From: Eledone cirrhosa
Taxonomy: Eukaryota
Reading direction: 5' to 3'
Length of the DNA stretch: 64,000 nt
NCBI GenBank assembly: GCA_964016885.1
Contig: OZ024743.1
Span: 258,850,001-258,914,000 of the forward strand
Shown: positions 36,146 through 49,584 of the stretch, in pieces
Layout: each line of letters begins with the position of its first letter
Position numbering within the stretch: position 1 is the stretch's first letter
Program-made: the position numbers and the translations under genes
The notes under the pieces: model-generated
Told to the model about the DNA's origin: nothing
Databases searched by the model: none
What the model saw: only the letters and a program-made list of their open reading frames with translations

Positions 36146-37039
36146 GTAAGTATTGTATTGTCCTTCCACATGTAATCATTGTGTTGTTCCTCCAAATGTA
36201 TCATATTATCCCACTGTATTGTCCCTCCAGATATAAGTATCATATTATCCCTCCAGATGTAGTGTATTGCATTTACCATCTAGATGTATGTATTGTCCCT
36301 CCAGATATAAATATTGTTTGTTCATATCTGTACTTGTTCCAATCTTCTAACTACACTGATATTAATTCTTCATATCCCGTAATGATTTAGCTTTGTTAAG
36401 TCAAATGTATCTTTACTTATTGGACAGACTTGTCAAAATTTGCAGTATTGGACTAAATATTAGGGTAAAGTTCCTCTTTTTAATGGCTTAGAAGAAGAGC
36501 ATTATCCAATACCTGGTGGAAAGGAAGAGGAAAGTTATAATCAGAGACCTGGTTTAAATATTTGCAACAGAGTTGACATTGTTAAAAGCACCCAAGGGCC
36601 TGGAGGTGGTATTAAACTAGGATTTAAGTTTCTGTTTTCTAAACACTGCTATCTTCTAATTTAACATGGTTCTTATATAAAATTACGTCTAAAGATTTTA
36701 ATTTAAATAGGAACCTTTTAAATGGGTAGATTTGTTTCATAAAATCAGAGGTGGTTTTGATCAGTTTGGTATCAAAAGGGTTAATTTTAGTTAACTAAAA
36801 GGAAAAAACTTTGGTTTTGGGAATTTTGCTGTATACAGACCCTTGGCCAACACAATGGGTGATTTGGTTTTCTCTCACTCACTTAATGCTGCTTAATTTT
36901 CAGTTAAGCATTGGCTTTGTGGTTCTCTAAGTTTTGAAAGAGATCACTTATTTCTATAGTTGATAAATTCCAAAATTCCCAAACCTCCAAGGTCTGAAAT
37001 TTTTTTGATTGAAAGAAGCACCATATGGAAAATTCCAGA

Positions 37040-37518
37040 AAAACATCAGAAAGTTCTCTGAACACGTACAACTGTTGTAAGCCATGTGTAAAACTATCAA
37101 CGGTAGGCAGTGATTATTAACCATCTTGCCAACAACAACCCTGAGCACCTTTTTGATTTCCATGTGTCTAACATACGTGGGCATGCCTACAAAGTCAGAA
37201 AACAGTACAGCTCCCATGACTTTCGGAAACATTTTTTCATGCTCAGAGTTGCTGAAGCATGGAACAAACTACCTGCATCAGTTGTTAGCTGTTGAGACAC
37301 AGCATCCTTTACAACCTTTATGCTTCCTAAGATTCATCAACACTACACCTGATGTCCCCCCTCCATACACACGCACACATGCATTTCATGACTCGTACAC
37401 TGTTCATTTTCCTGACATTTGTACATTATTCTATGTACTATACATGCACTTTTGATGAGTTGTAGTGCACCTGAGCACTGTACATAATAATTTCATTATT
37501 ATTATTATTATTATTATA
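37040..37518 (+). mobile_element. 3' fragment of a CR1-type LINE with (ATT)n tail
   Basis: IRGHAYKV...FRKHFF.LRV.EAWNKLP.SVV is the CR1 ORF2 C-terminal signature. Confidence 0.8.
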
Positions 37519-37689
37519 TTACCCACTCTTGATTGGTCTTTTTAAAGCACCTAGCTGGTTAAGAAAAATATCAAACCATGGAGAATATGTTTTGTTAGAA
37601 TTATTTTGCTGTTTTTTAATATTTAGATCATTTTTATGTTTCATATTTATTCTAGCAATCTAGTAGATCAAGTGGTCAACTCTATAAAG

Positions 37690-38245
37690 TGCTGATGTTG
37701 TGATAAAATACACCAAGAAGATGTAAAGTTGTAGTGCTGGTGCCATAGTTAAATGCACTAAGTACACTCTGTAAAATGGTGGTACCAGTGCCATGGTAAA
37801 ATACACCATCTACACTATATTAAGGTGGATAAAATGTACCCAGTACACTCTGTAAAGTGCCAGTGGTGTTGCCATGATATAATGCACCCAGTTCATTCTG
37901 TAAAGTGGTAGTGCTGGTACCATGATAAAATGCATGCAGTATACTCTGTAAAATGGTAGTTCTGGTGCCACAATAAAATACACCCTTTGCACTCTGTAAA
38001 GTGGTAGTGCTGGTGTCATGATAACATGTACCCACTACACTCTGTAAAGTGGTAGTGCTGGTGTCATGATAAAATGTACCCACTACACTCTGTAAAGTAG
38101 TTGGTATTAGGAAGGTCATCCAGTTGTAAAATTCCTGTCAAAAAATGGAACATATAAACGATATGAATTTACAATCATATTTTGTTTTGGACCTGACATC
38201 CCTAACTTATGCCAGCATGGAAAGCAGATGTAAAATGATGATGAT
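37690..38245 (+). repeat. 48-bp tandem repeat inside an RTE-tail-derived element
   Basis: Unit approx AAAATGCACCCAGTACACTCTGTAAAGTGGTAGTGCTGGTGCCATGAT. Related arrays at about 34910-35180, 35650-35850, 59820-60400, 60860-61120 and 61965-62100. Confidence 0.8.
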
Positions 38246-38620
38246 GACACCATTAGTATTACTATCATGTTAAACTACAATGGTTTCAGATTTAGGCACA
38301 AGGCCAGCAATTTTTGGGGAGGAGGGGAAAGCCGATTAAATCAACTCCACCAGTGCATTACTGGTACTTTATTTTATCAACCATGAAAGGCAAAGCTAAC
38401 CTTAGCGAGATTTGAACTCAGAGCGTAAAGAGCCATAACTCTATGATGCAAAGCATATTATTCAACGCTGTACTGACACTGCAAATCTTCTACCCTACAT
38501 GTTAAACTACAATAAAAAATACTTTGTTGTTGTGGTTGTTAATACTGACACCTTATATTTAATCATTATATGTGTTCTTGTCTAACGTCTGTGTTCATTC
38601 ATAACTCATTCTACTTGTAG

Positions 38621-38697
38621 GTTATTGAGACCGTTATTAAAACAATTGCCTATAATTTCATAACTGAAAGAAATTCTGCAGACGCCATTGCTGTTGG
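38621..38697 (+). CDS. SDAD1: SDA1 homolog exon 12 (VIETVIKTIAYNFITERNSADAIAVG)
   Basis: TTGTAG acceptor, GTGAGT donor, phase 0-2; IA.NF.T..NS motif. Confidence 0.93.
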
Positions 38698-38774
38698 GTG
38701 AGTTCTTTGTTTGTAAAAGTGTTTGTGTGTGTGCTTGTATATATATTTGTGCATATGTGTGTGTTTATATCTGT

Positions 38775-39692
38775 ATCATCATCATCACCGTTTTTCGTCT
38801 GTTCTTCCACGCTAGCATGGGTTAGACGGGTTGTCCGGTTGTGGGCAGTGTCTGGTCGGCTGACCATGCCTTGCTCATACAGGAACTGATTCTGGCTTGA
38901 TTTCTACAGCTGGATGCCCTTCCTAACACTAACCTCATTTACAGTGAGTGCTGGGTGCTTTTTTTCCGTGGCGCCTACACATCCACTTTACTGTGTGGGC
39001 TGGGTGCTTTTTTGCCGTGGCACCTCCACGACCACTTTGCAGTGGGAGGGTGTGGGGGCATATTGTCTATATGCTTCAGCTTTGGCTTGTACCCGTGAGG
39101 GGTCGGATCTTCTGTATTACTGTGTGACACCAGAGGTCCTGATCATATGTCATCGCCTTTGAGAGGTGTAATTGGGTAAGGTCGGCTTTTATCACCTCAT
39201 CCCAGGTCTTCTTGGGTCTCCCCACTCTGGGCTTCCATCGACTTCTAGTGTTCTGCACTTTTTTATACAGCTGTCATCCTTCATACGCATCACATGTCCA
39301 TACCAACGCAACCGCCTCTTCTGCACACAGCATTTGATTCCTCTTATGCTCAGTCTCTCTCTCAATTCATTTATGCTTTGCCGTTCACGTAAATTACTAT
39401 TACACATCCATCGGAGCATGCAGGCTTTGTTTCTTTCTAATCTACGCAAGTCTTCTACAGACAGTGCCCAGGTCTCACCACTATGTAACATTGCTGTTCG
39501 TATACACGCATCATACAGTCTGCCTTTCATTTTGAGGGGAAAGCCTTTTGCAGCTAGCAGTGGCAGTAGCTCACTGAACTTTTTCCATCTCGTTCTTACC
39601 CTAGTTATTGTACTTTCCGAACCCCCACCTCCGCTGTTAATTCGGTCACCTAGGTAGCAGAAGCTGTCTACTGTTTCTACAGAGCCCTCCCA
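38775..39692 (-). mobile_element. 5'-truncated RTE-clade LINE, subfamily 2
   Basis: ORF 39192..39815 carries DSFCYLG and RRLRWYGHV; 3' UTR nearly identical to the 23478-24240 copy. Confidence 0.9.
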
Positions 39693-40274
39693 GAGTTTGG
39701 TGGTGCTTGTTTCCTTATGTGTATATATATGTATGTATTCATGTGTGTGTTTGTATATGTACGTAATTGTACATGTGTGTGTGTTTGTGTGAATTCTGTT
39801 GCATAATAGATACATAGATCACAACTGACTTAAGCTCTTGTACATTGATTATAAAAAAGTGACTGGATATTGAAATAACCAGTTGTTTATTTTGTAAGAA
39901 TGTTTCAGATGAAGATCTATCATTAATATTTGCAGTGTCAAAGGGTGGTGGATTGGCAGTATCAGTAGAACGTCGGATTCCATGCTTCGCGACATAGAGT
40001 TACGGTCCTTTACGTTCTGAATTCAAATCCCTTCGAGATTAGCTTTGCTTTTCATCCTTAGGGGGCCAATAAAATAAAGCACCAGTAATGCACTGAGGTT
40101 AATTGCTGGCCTTGTGCTAAAAGTAGAAACAATTATTATAAACTGGACTGCTGTCCTCATCTTGGTTGTGATAGTAACAATATGTCAGTCATATGCTCTC
40201 TAGCCTTCTTTATGGGCCTCTCATATTCCATTTGAAATTCAAAGAACATTAAATGAATACATCAAGGCAGCCAG

Positions 40275-43200
40275 AATGAGCCATGACTGAAATGTGACTA
40301 TAGCATTGAATGTGATGTCACTAGTACGGTATAGTAAGTCATGACTGAAATGTTGTGACTATAACATTGAATGTGATGTCACTAGTACGGTATAGTAAGT
40401 CATGACTGAAATGTTGTGACTATAACATTGAATGTGATGTCACTAGTACGGTATAGTAAGTCATGACTGAAATGTGACTATAACATTGAATGTGATGTCA
40501 CTAGTACGGTATAGTAAGTCATGACTGAAATGTTGTGACTATAACATTGAATGTGATGTCACTCGTACGGTATAGTAAGTCATGACTGAAATGTGACTAT
40601 AACATTGAATGTGATGTCACTAGTACAGTATAGTAAGTCATGACTGAAATGTTGTGACTATAACATTGAATGTGATGTCACTAGTACAGTATAGTAAGTC
40701 ATGACTGAAATGTGACTATAACATTGAATGTGATGTCACTAGTACGGTATAGTAAGTCATGACTGAAATGTTGTGACTATAACATTGAATGTGATGTCAC
40801 TAGTACGGTATAGTAAGTCATGACTGAAATGTGACTATAACATTGAATGTGATGTCACTAGTATGGTATAGTAAGTCATGACTGAAATGTGACTATAACA
40901 TAGAATGTGATGTCACTAGTACGGTATAGTAAGTCATGGCTGAAATGTGACTATAACATTGAATGTGATGTCACTAGTACGGTATAGTAAGTCGTGACTG
41001 AAATGTGACTATAACATTGAATGTGATGTCACTAGTACGGTATAGTAAGTCATGACTGAAATGTGACTATAACATTGAATGTGATGTCACTAGTACGGTA
41101 TAGTAAGTCATGACTGAAATGTGACTATAACATTGAATGTGATGTCACTAGTACGGTATAGTAAGTCATGACTGAAATGTGACTATAACATTGAATGTGA
41201 TGTCACTAGTACGGTATAGTAAGTCATGACTGAAATGTGACTATAACATTGAATGTGATGTCACTAGTACGGTATAGTAAGTCATGACTGAAATGTGACT
41301 ATAACATTGAATGTTATGTCACTAGTACGGTATAGTAAGTCATGACTGAAATGTGACTATAACATTGAATGTGATGTCACTAGTACGGTATAGTAAGTCA
41401 TGACTGAAATGTGACTATAACATTGAATGTGATGTCACTAGTACGGTATAGTAAGTCATGACTGAAATGTGACTATAACATTGAATGTTATGTCACTAGT
41501 ACGGTATAGTAAGTCATGACTGAAATGTGACTATAACATTGAATGTGATGTCACTAGTACGGTATAGTAAGTCATGACTGAAATGTTGTGACTATAACAT
41601 TGAATGTGATGTCACTAGTACGGTATAGTAAGTCATGGCTGAAATGTTGTGACTATAACATTGAATGTGATGTCACTAGTACGGTATAGTAAGTCATGAC
41701 TGAAATGTTGTGACTATAACATTGAATGTGATGTCACTAGTACGGTATAGTAAGTCATGACTGAAATGTTGTGACTATAACATTGAATGTGATGTCACTA
41801 GTACGGTATAGTAAGTCATGACTGAAATGTTGTGACTATAACATTGAATGTGATGTCACTAGTACGGTATAGTAAGTCATGGCTGAAATGTTGTGACTAT
41901 AACATTGAATGTGATGTCACTAGTACGGTATAGTAAGTCATGACTGAAATGTTGTGACTATAACATTGAATGTGATGTCACTAGTACAGTATAGTAAGTC
42001 ATGACTGAAATGTTGTGACTATAACATTGAATGTGATGTCACTAGTACGGTATAGTAAGTCATGACTGAAATGTTGTGACTATAACATTGAATGTGATGT
42101 CACTAGTACGGTATAGTAAGTCATGGCTGAAATGTGACTATAACATTGAATGTGATGTCACTAGTACGGTATAGTAAGTCATGGCTGAAATGTTGTGACT
42201 ATAACATTGAATGTGATGTCACTAGTACGGTATAGTAAGTCATGGCTGAAATGTTGTGACTATAACATTGAATGTGATGTCACTAGTACGGTATAGTAAG
42301 TCATGACTGAAATGTGACTATAACATTGAATGTGATGTCACTAGTACGGTATAGTAAGTCATGACTGAAATGTGACTATAACATTGAATGTGATGTCACT
42401 AGTACGGTATAGTAAGTCATGGCTGAAATGTTGTGACTATAACATTGAATGTGATGTCACTAGTACGGTATAGTAAGTCATGACTGAAATGTGACTATAA
42501 CATTGAATGTGATGTCACTAGTACGGTATAGTAAGTCATGGCTGAAATGTTGTGACTATAACATTGAATGTGATGTCACTAGTACGGTATAGTAAGTCAT
42601 GACTGAAATGTGACTATAACATTGAATGTTATGTCACTAGTACGGTATAGTAAGTCATGACTGAAATGTGACTATAACATAGAATGTGATGTCACTAGTA
42701 CGGTATAGTAAGTCATGGCTGAAATGTGACTATAACATTGAATGTGATGTCACTAGTACGGTATAGTAAGTCATGACTGAAATGTGACTATAACATTGAA
42801 TGTGATGTCACTAGTACGGTATAGTAAGTCATGACTGAAATGTTGTGACTATAACATTGAATGTGATGTCACTAGTACGGTATAGTAAGTCATGGCTGAA
42901 ATGTGACTATAACATTGAATGTGATGTCACTAGTACGGTATAGTAAGTCATGGCTGAAATGTGACTATAACATTGAATGTGATGTCACTAGTACGGTATA
43001 GTAAGTCATGGCTGAAATGTTGTGACTATAACATTGAATGTGATGTCACTAGTACGGTATAGTAAGTCATGGCTGAAATGTTGTGACTATAACATTGAAT
43101 GTGATGTCACTAGTACGGTATAGTAAGTCATGGCTGAAATGTGACTATAACATTGAATGCGATGTCACTAGTACGGTATAGTAAGTCATGACTGAAATGT

Positions 43201-46200
43201 GACTATAACATTGAATGTGATGTCACTAGTACGGTATAGTAAGTCATGACTGAAATGTGACTATAACATTGAATGTGATGTCACTAGTACGGTATAGTAA
43301 GTCATGACTGAAATGTAACTATAACATTGAATGTGATGTCACTAGTACGGTATAGTAAGTCATGACTGAAATGTGACTATAACATTGAATGTGATGTCAC
43401 TAGTACGGTATAGTAAGTCATGGCTGAAATGTTGTGACTATAACATTGAATGTGATGTCACTAGTACGGTATAGTAAGTCATGACTGAAATGTGACTATA
43501 ACATTGAATGTGATGTCACTAGTACGGTATAGTAAGTCATGGCTGAAATGTTGTGACTATAACATTGAATGTGATGTCACTAGTACGGTATAGTAAGTCA
43601 TGGCTGAAATGTTGTGACTATAACATTGAATGTGATGTCACCAGTACGGTATAGTAAGTCATGGCTGAAATGTTGTGACTATAACATTGAATGTGATGTC
43701 ACTAGTATGGTATAGTAAGTCATGGCTGAAATGTGACTATAACATTGAATGTGATGTCACTAGTACGGTATAGTAAGTCATGGCTGAAATGTGACTATAA
43801 CATTGAATGTGATGTCACTAGTACGGTATAGTAAGTCATGACTGAAATGTGACTATGACATTGAATGTGATGTCACTAGTACGGTATAGTAAGTCATGGC
43901 TGAAATGTGACTATAACATTGAATGTGATGTCACTAGTACGGTATAGTAAGTCATGACTGAAATGTGACTATAACATTGAATGTGATGTCACTAGTACGG
44001 TATAGTAAGTCATGACTGAAATGTAACTATAACATTGAATGTGATGTCACTAGTACGGTATAGTAAGTCATGACTGAAATGTGACTATAACATTGAATGT
44101 GATGTCACTAGTACGGTATAGTAAGTCATGGCTGAAATGTTGTGACTATAACATTGAATGTGATGTCACTAGTACGGTATAGTAAGTCATGACTGAAATG
44201 TGACTATAACATTGAATGTGATGTCACTAGTACGGTATAGTAAGTCATGGCTGAAATGTTGTGACTATAACATTGAATGTGATGTCACTAGTACGGTATA
44301 GTAAGTCATGGCTGAAATGTTGTGACTATAACATTGAATGTGATGTCACCAGTACGGTATAGTAAGTCATGGCTGAAATGTTGTGACTATAACATTGAAT
44401 GTGATGTCACTAGTACGGTATAGTAAGTCATGGCTGAAATGTGACTATAACATAGAATGTGATGTCACTAGTACGGTATAGTAAGTCATGGCTGAAATGT
44501 GACTATAACATTGAATGTGATGTCACTAGTACGGTATAGTAAGTCATGGCTGAAATGTGACTATAACATTGAATGTGATGTCACTAGTACGGTATAGTAA
44601 GTCATGACTGAAATGTGACTATGACATTGAATGTGATGTCACTAGTACGGTATAGTAAGTCATGGCTGAAATGTGACTATAACATTGAATGTGATGTCAC
44701 TAGTACGGTATAGTAAGTCATGACTGAAATGTTGTGACTATAACATTGAATGTGATGTCACTAGTACGGTATAGTAAGTCTTGACTGAAATGTGACTATA
44801 ACATTGAATGTGATGTCACTAGTACGGTATAGTAAGTCATGGCTGAAATGTGACTATAACATTGAATGTGATGTCACTAGTACGGTATAGTAAGTATGTG
44901 ACTATAACATTGAATGTGATGTCACTAGTACGGTATAGTAAGTCATGGCTGAAATGTGACTATAACATTGAATGTGATGTGTACTAGTACGGTATAGTAA
45001 GTCATGGCTGAAATGTTGTGACTATAACATTGAATGTGATGTCACTAGTACGGTATAGTAAGTCATGGCTGAAATGTTGTGACTATAACATTGAATGTGA
45101 TGTCACTAGTACGGTATAGTAAGTCATGGCTGAAATGTTGTGACTATAACATTGAATGTGATGTCACTAGTACGGTATAGTAAGTCATGACTGAAATATG
45201 ACTATAACATTGAATGTGATGTCACTAGTACGGTATAGTAAGTCATGGCTGAAATGTGACTATAACATTGAATGTGATGTCACTAATACGGTATAGTAAG
45301 TCATGGCTGAAATGTTGTGACTATAACATTGAATGTGATGTCACTAGTACGGTATAGTAAGTCATGGCTGAAATGTTGTGACTATAACATTGAATGTGAT
45401 GTCACTAGTACGGTATAGTAAGTCATGGCTGAAATGTTGTGACTATAACATTGAATGTGATGTCACTAGTACGGTATAGTAAGTCATGGCTGAAATGTTG
45501 TGACTATAACATTGAATGTGATGTCACTAGTACGGTATAGTAAGTCATGGCTGAAATGTTGTGACTATAACATTGAATGTGATGTCACTAGTACGGTATA
45601 GTAAGTCATGGCTGAAATGTTGTGACTATAACATTGAATGTGATGTCACTAGTACGGTATAGTAAGTCATGACTGAAATGTGACTATAACATTGAATGTT
45701 ATGTCACTAGTACGGTATAGTAAGTCATGACTGAAATGTTGTGACTATAACATTGAATGTGATGTCACTAGTACGGTATAGTAAGTCATGGCTGAAATGT
45801 TGTGACTATAACATTGAATGTGATGTCACTAGTACGGTATAGTAAGTCATGGCTGAAATGTGACTATAACATTGAATGTGATGTCACTAGTACGGTATAG
45901 TAAGTCATGGCTGAAATGTGACTATAACATTGAATGTGATGTCACTAGTACGGTATAGTAAGTCATGGCTGAAATGTGACTATAACATTGAATGTGATGT
46001 CACTAGTACGGTATAGTAAGTCATGACTGAAATGTGACTATGACATTGAATGTGATGTCACTAGTACGGTATAGTAAGTCATGGCTGAAATGTGACTATA
46101 ACATTGAATGTGATGTCACTAGTACGGTATAGTAAGTCATGACTGAAATGTTGTGACTATAACATTGAATGTGATGTCACTAGTACGGTATAGTAAGTCT

Positions 46201-47590
46201 TGACTGAAATGTGACTATAACATTGAATGTGATGTCACTAGTACGGTATAGTAAGTCATGGCTGAAATGTGACTATAACATTGAATGTGATGTCACTAGT
46301 ACGGTATAGTAAGTATGTGACTATAACATTGAATGTGATGTCACTAGTACGGTATAGTAAGTCATGGCTGAAATGTGACTATAACATTGAATGTGATGTC
46401 ACTAGTACGGTATAGTAAGTCATGGCTGAAATGTTGTGACTATAACATTGAATGTGATGTCACTAGTACGGTATAGTAAGTCATGGCTGAAATGTTGTGA
46501 CTATAACATTGAATGTGATGTCACTAGTACGGTATAGTAAGTCATGGCTGAAATGTTGTGACTATAACATTGAATGTGATGTCACTAGTACGGTATAGTA
46601 AGTCATGACTGAAATATGACTATAACATTGAATGTGATGTCACTAGTACGGTATAGTAAGTCATGGCTGAAATGTGACTATAACATTGAATGTGATGTCA
46701 CTAGTACGGTATAGTAAGTCATGGCTGAAATGTTGTGACTATAACATTGAATGTGATGTCACTAGTACGGTATAGTAAGTCATGGCTGAAATGTTGTGAC
46801 TATAACATTGAATGTGATGTCACTAGTACGGTATAGTAAGTCATGGCTGAAATGTTGTGACTATAACATTGAATGTGATGTCACTAGTACGGTATAGTAA
46901 GTCATGGCTGAAATGTTGTGACTATAACATTGAATGTGATGTCACTAGTACGGTATAGTAAGTCATGGCTGAAATGTTGTGACTATAACATTGAATGTGA
47001 TGTCACTAGTACGGTATAGTAAGTCATGACTGAAATGTTGTGACTATAACATTGAATGTGATGTCACTAGTACGGTATAGTAAGTCATGACTGAAATGTG
47101 ATTATAACATTGAATGTTATGTCACTAGTACGGTATAGTAAGTCATGACTGAAATGTTGTGACTATAACATTGAATGTGATGTCACTAGTACGGTATAGT
47201 AAGTCATGGCTGAAATGTTGTGACTATAACATTGAATGTCATGTCACTAGTACGGTATAGTAAGTCATGGCTGAAATGTTGTGACTATAACATTCAATGT
47301 TATGCCACTAGTACGGTATAGTAAGTCATGGCTGAAATGTTGTGACTATAACATTCAATGTTATGCCACTAGTATGATATAGTGAGTCATGGCTGATGTT
47401 GTGACTATAACATTCAATGTGATGTCACTAGTATGGTATAATGGGCCATGACTGAAATGTTGTGACTATAACATTCAATGTTATGTCACTAGTACGGTAT
47501 AGTGGGTCATGGCTGATGTGACTATAACATTCAATGTTATGTCACTAGTACGGTATAATGAGCCATGACTGAAATGTTGTGACTATAAAG
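40275..47590. repeat. 7.3-kb satellite of 58/61-bp units (roughly 120 copies) in SDAD1 intron 12
   Basis: Unit GTGACTATAACATTGAATGTGATGTCACTAGTACGGTATAGTAAGTCATG(A/G)CTGAAAT(GTT); homogeneous core with degenerate edges. Confidence 0.98.
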
Positions 47591-48058
47591 TGGTTGTCAT
47601 TAGGAGAGGCATTCAGTCACAGAATCCATGACAAAATGTCATGCTCATGTGTTTCATTTTGACATGGTTTTTGTGACTGAATGCCTCTCCTATATAGCAT
47701 GTACTGGATCACTTTATAGCATGTACTGGATCATTTTATCGTGGCATCAGTACTACTGATCACAACAATACTCCAACACTTGAATTTTCGGCCAGGCTGA
47801 GAAAGGAAGAAGAGCATGCAGGGGAAGCTATATATTGCTTGCTGGGTGAGGGTGTCATCTCACAGTAAGAGATGGAGAGGTAGATTAAGTGTTGGGTTGT
47901 GGGGCAGTGTTGCAGAGAGAGAGAGAGAGTTGGATGCACCCTCCTTCATGCTGGCATGGGTTGGACAAGGAAGAGAGAAACAAGAATCTGTATGGGCAGA
48001 AGACTATTCTATGAGCAATAAATATATTGGAATCTTATATCTCATTTTATTATTTCAG

Positions 48059-48156
48059 TTTAAATGCTGTGAAAGAGATTATTTCTCGTTGTCCATTGGC
48101 ATTGTCTGAAGAGCTTGCACAAGATCTGGCTCAGTATAAATCAAGTCGAGAAAAAG
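48059..48156 (+). CDS. SDAD1: SDA1 homolog exon 13 ([32 protein letters not shown])
   Basis: TTTCAG acceptor, GTAAC donor, phase 2-1; RCPLA..EEL.QDLAQYK motif. Confidence 0.95.
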
Positions 48157-48199
48157 GTAACTATTCATTTTCACTCTTCATATTTGGAAATTCCAAACA

Positions 48200-49465
48200 T
48201 GGAAGCATGGCCTAGAATCAAAAGGCTAAGACCAAAGTTCTAGTTTGTAGGAAAGAAAATAAGGCAGCGGTCCCTTCCGGGAAGTGGCCATGCTTAGTGT
48301 GTAGGAAAGGCGTAGGTAGAAACTCCATTTTTTGTCAGAAATGCAAAGTATGGGTGCATAAAAGATGTAGTGGGATCACAGGTAAGCTAACTAAGAACAT
48401 AGATTTCACATGTGGCCGGTGCTCTGGTGCAATAAGTAGCAGCAAGTGCCCACAAAATACTAGCTCTTTCAACTGCGCAGAGGGGCTCTATAGAAATAGT
48501 GGACAGCTTCCGTTACCTGGGTGACAAAATCAGCAGTGGGGGAGGGTGCTCTGAAAGTACAATAGCTAGAGTCAGAACTAGATGGAAAAAGTTCAGAGAG
48601 CTTATACCACTATTAGCCGCTAAAGGGTTCTCCCTAAAAACGAAAGGCAGGTTGTATGATGCCTGCATACGAACAGCAATGTTGCATGGCAGTGAGACCT
48701 GGGCATTGTGTGCAGAGGATATATGCAGACTAGAGAGGAACGAAGCTTGCATGCTCCGCTGGATGTGTAATAGTAATATACGTGAACGGCAAAGCATAAA
48801 CGAACTAAGGAAAAAATTAGAAATAAGAGGGATCAGATGTTGTTTACTCGAGAGAAGGCTACGTTGGTATGGACACGTGATGCGCATGAAAGTCGATAGC
48901 TGTATAACAAAGTGCAGGGCAATAAAGATAGACGGTAGCCACGAAATAGGCAGACCTAGAAAAACCTGGGACGAGCTGATAAACTCCGACCTCACACACT
49001 TACACCTCTCCAAGACAATGTCACTGGACCGAGACCTTTGGCGGTACTCAGTAATAGAGAAGACCCGCCTTACCTAAATACATAGTAAAACCTACTACAT
49101 TCAGTAGGCATCTCTAACAAAATACATCCCCGTCCCCCACCCCATCCACACCGCCCCCTTCTATGTAAAGTTATGTTGGTGCTACACCATCCAGGCCGAA
49201 ACAAATGAGATCGTGTAGGTGTCACGACAAAAAACACACAGTCCACGCTGTAATGTGGCCATGTAGGCAACACGGTAAAAACCTCCCAGACCCACACTGT
49301 AAATGTGGTTGGTGTTAGGAAGGGCATCCAACTGTAGAAAACCTGCCAGACAGTCCTATGCGAGCAAGACAATCACTCTTGCCTCAAGTGGGAAAACCCC
49401 CGTCCAAACCCATGCAAGCGTGGAACACGGACGTTAAACGTTGATGATGATGATGATGATGATGA
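48200..49465 (+). mobile_element. 5'-truncated RTE-clade LINE with PHD-like finger
   Basis: ORFs 48297..48524 and 48499..49077; (GAT)n tail at about 49443-49465. Confidence 0.9.
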
Positions 49466-49584
49466 TATTTGGCTCCATGGGCTAAGTACATATCCTCCAC
49501 AAAATGTTTGCTAGTAATATTTACAGCTTAAGAATCCTTTATCTGAAATTCTAAAATCTGAAAGTTTTTCAATGTATGTAATAA

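Noticed and set aside
40275-47590. CRISPR-like array (regular, partly palindromic repeats)
   Set aside because: Units are contiguous with no unique spacers, there are no cas genes, and the context is a eukaryotic intron; it is a satellite.
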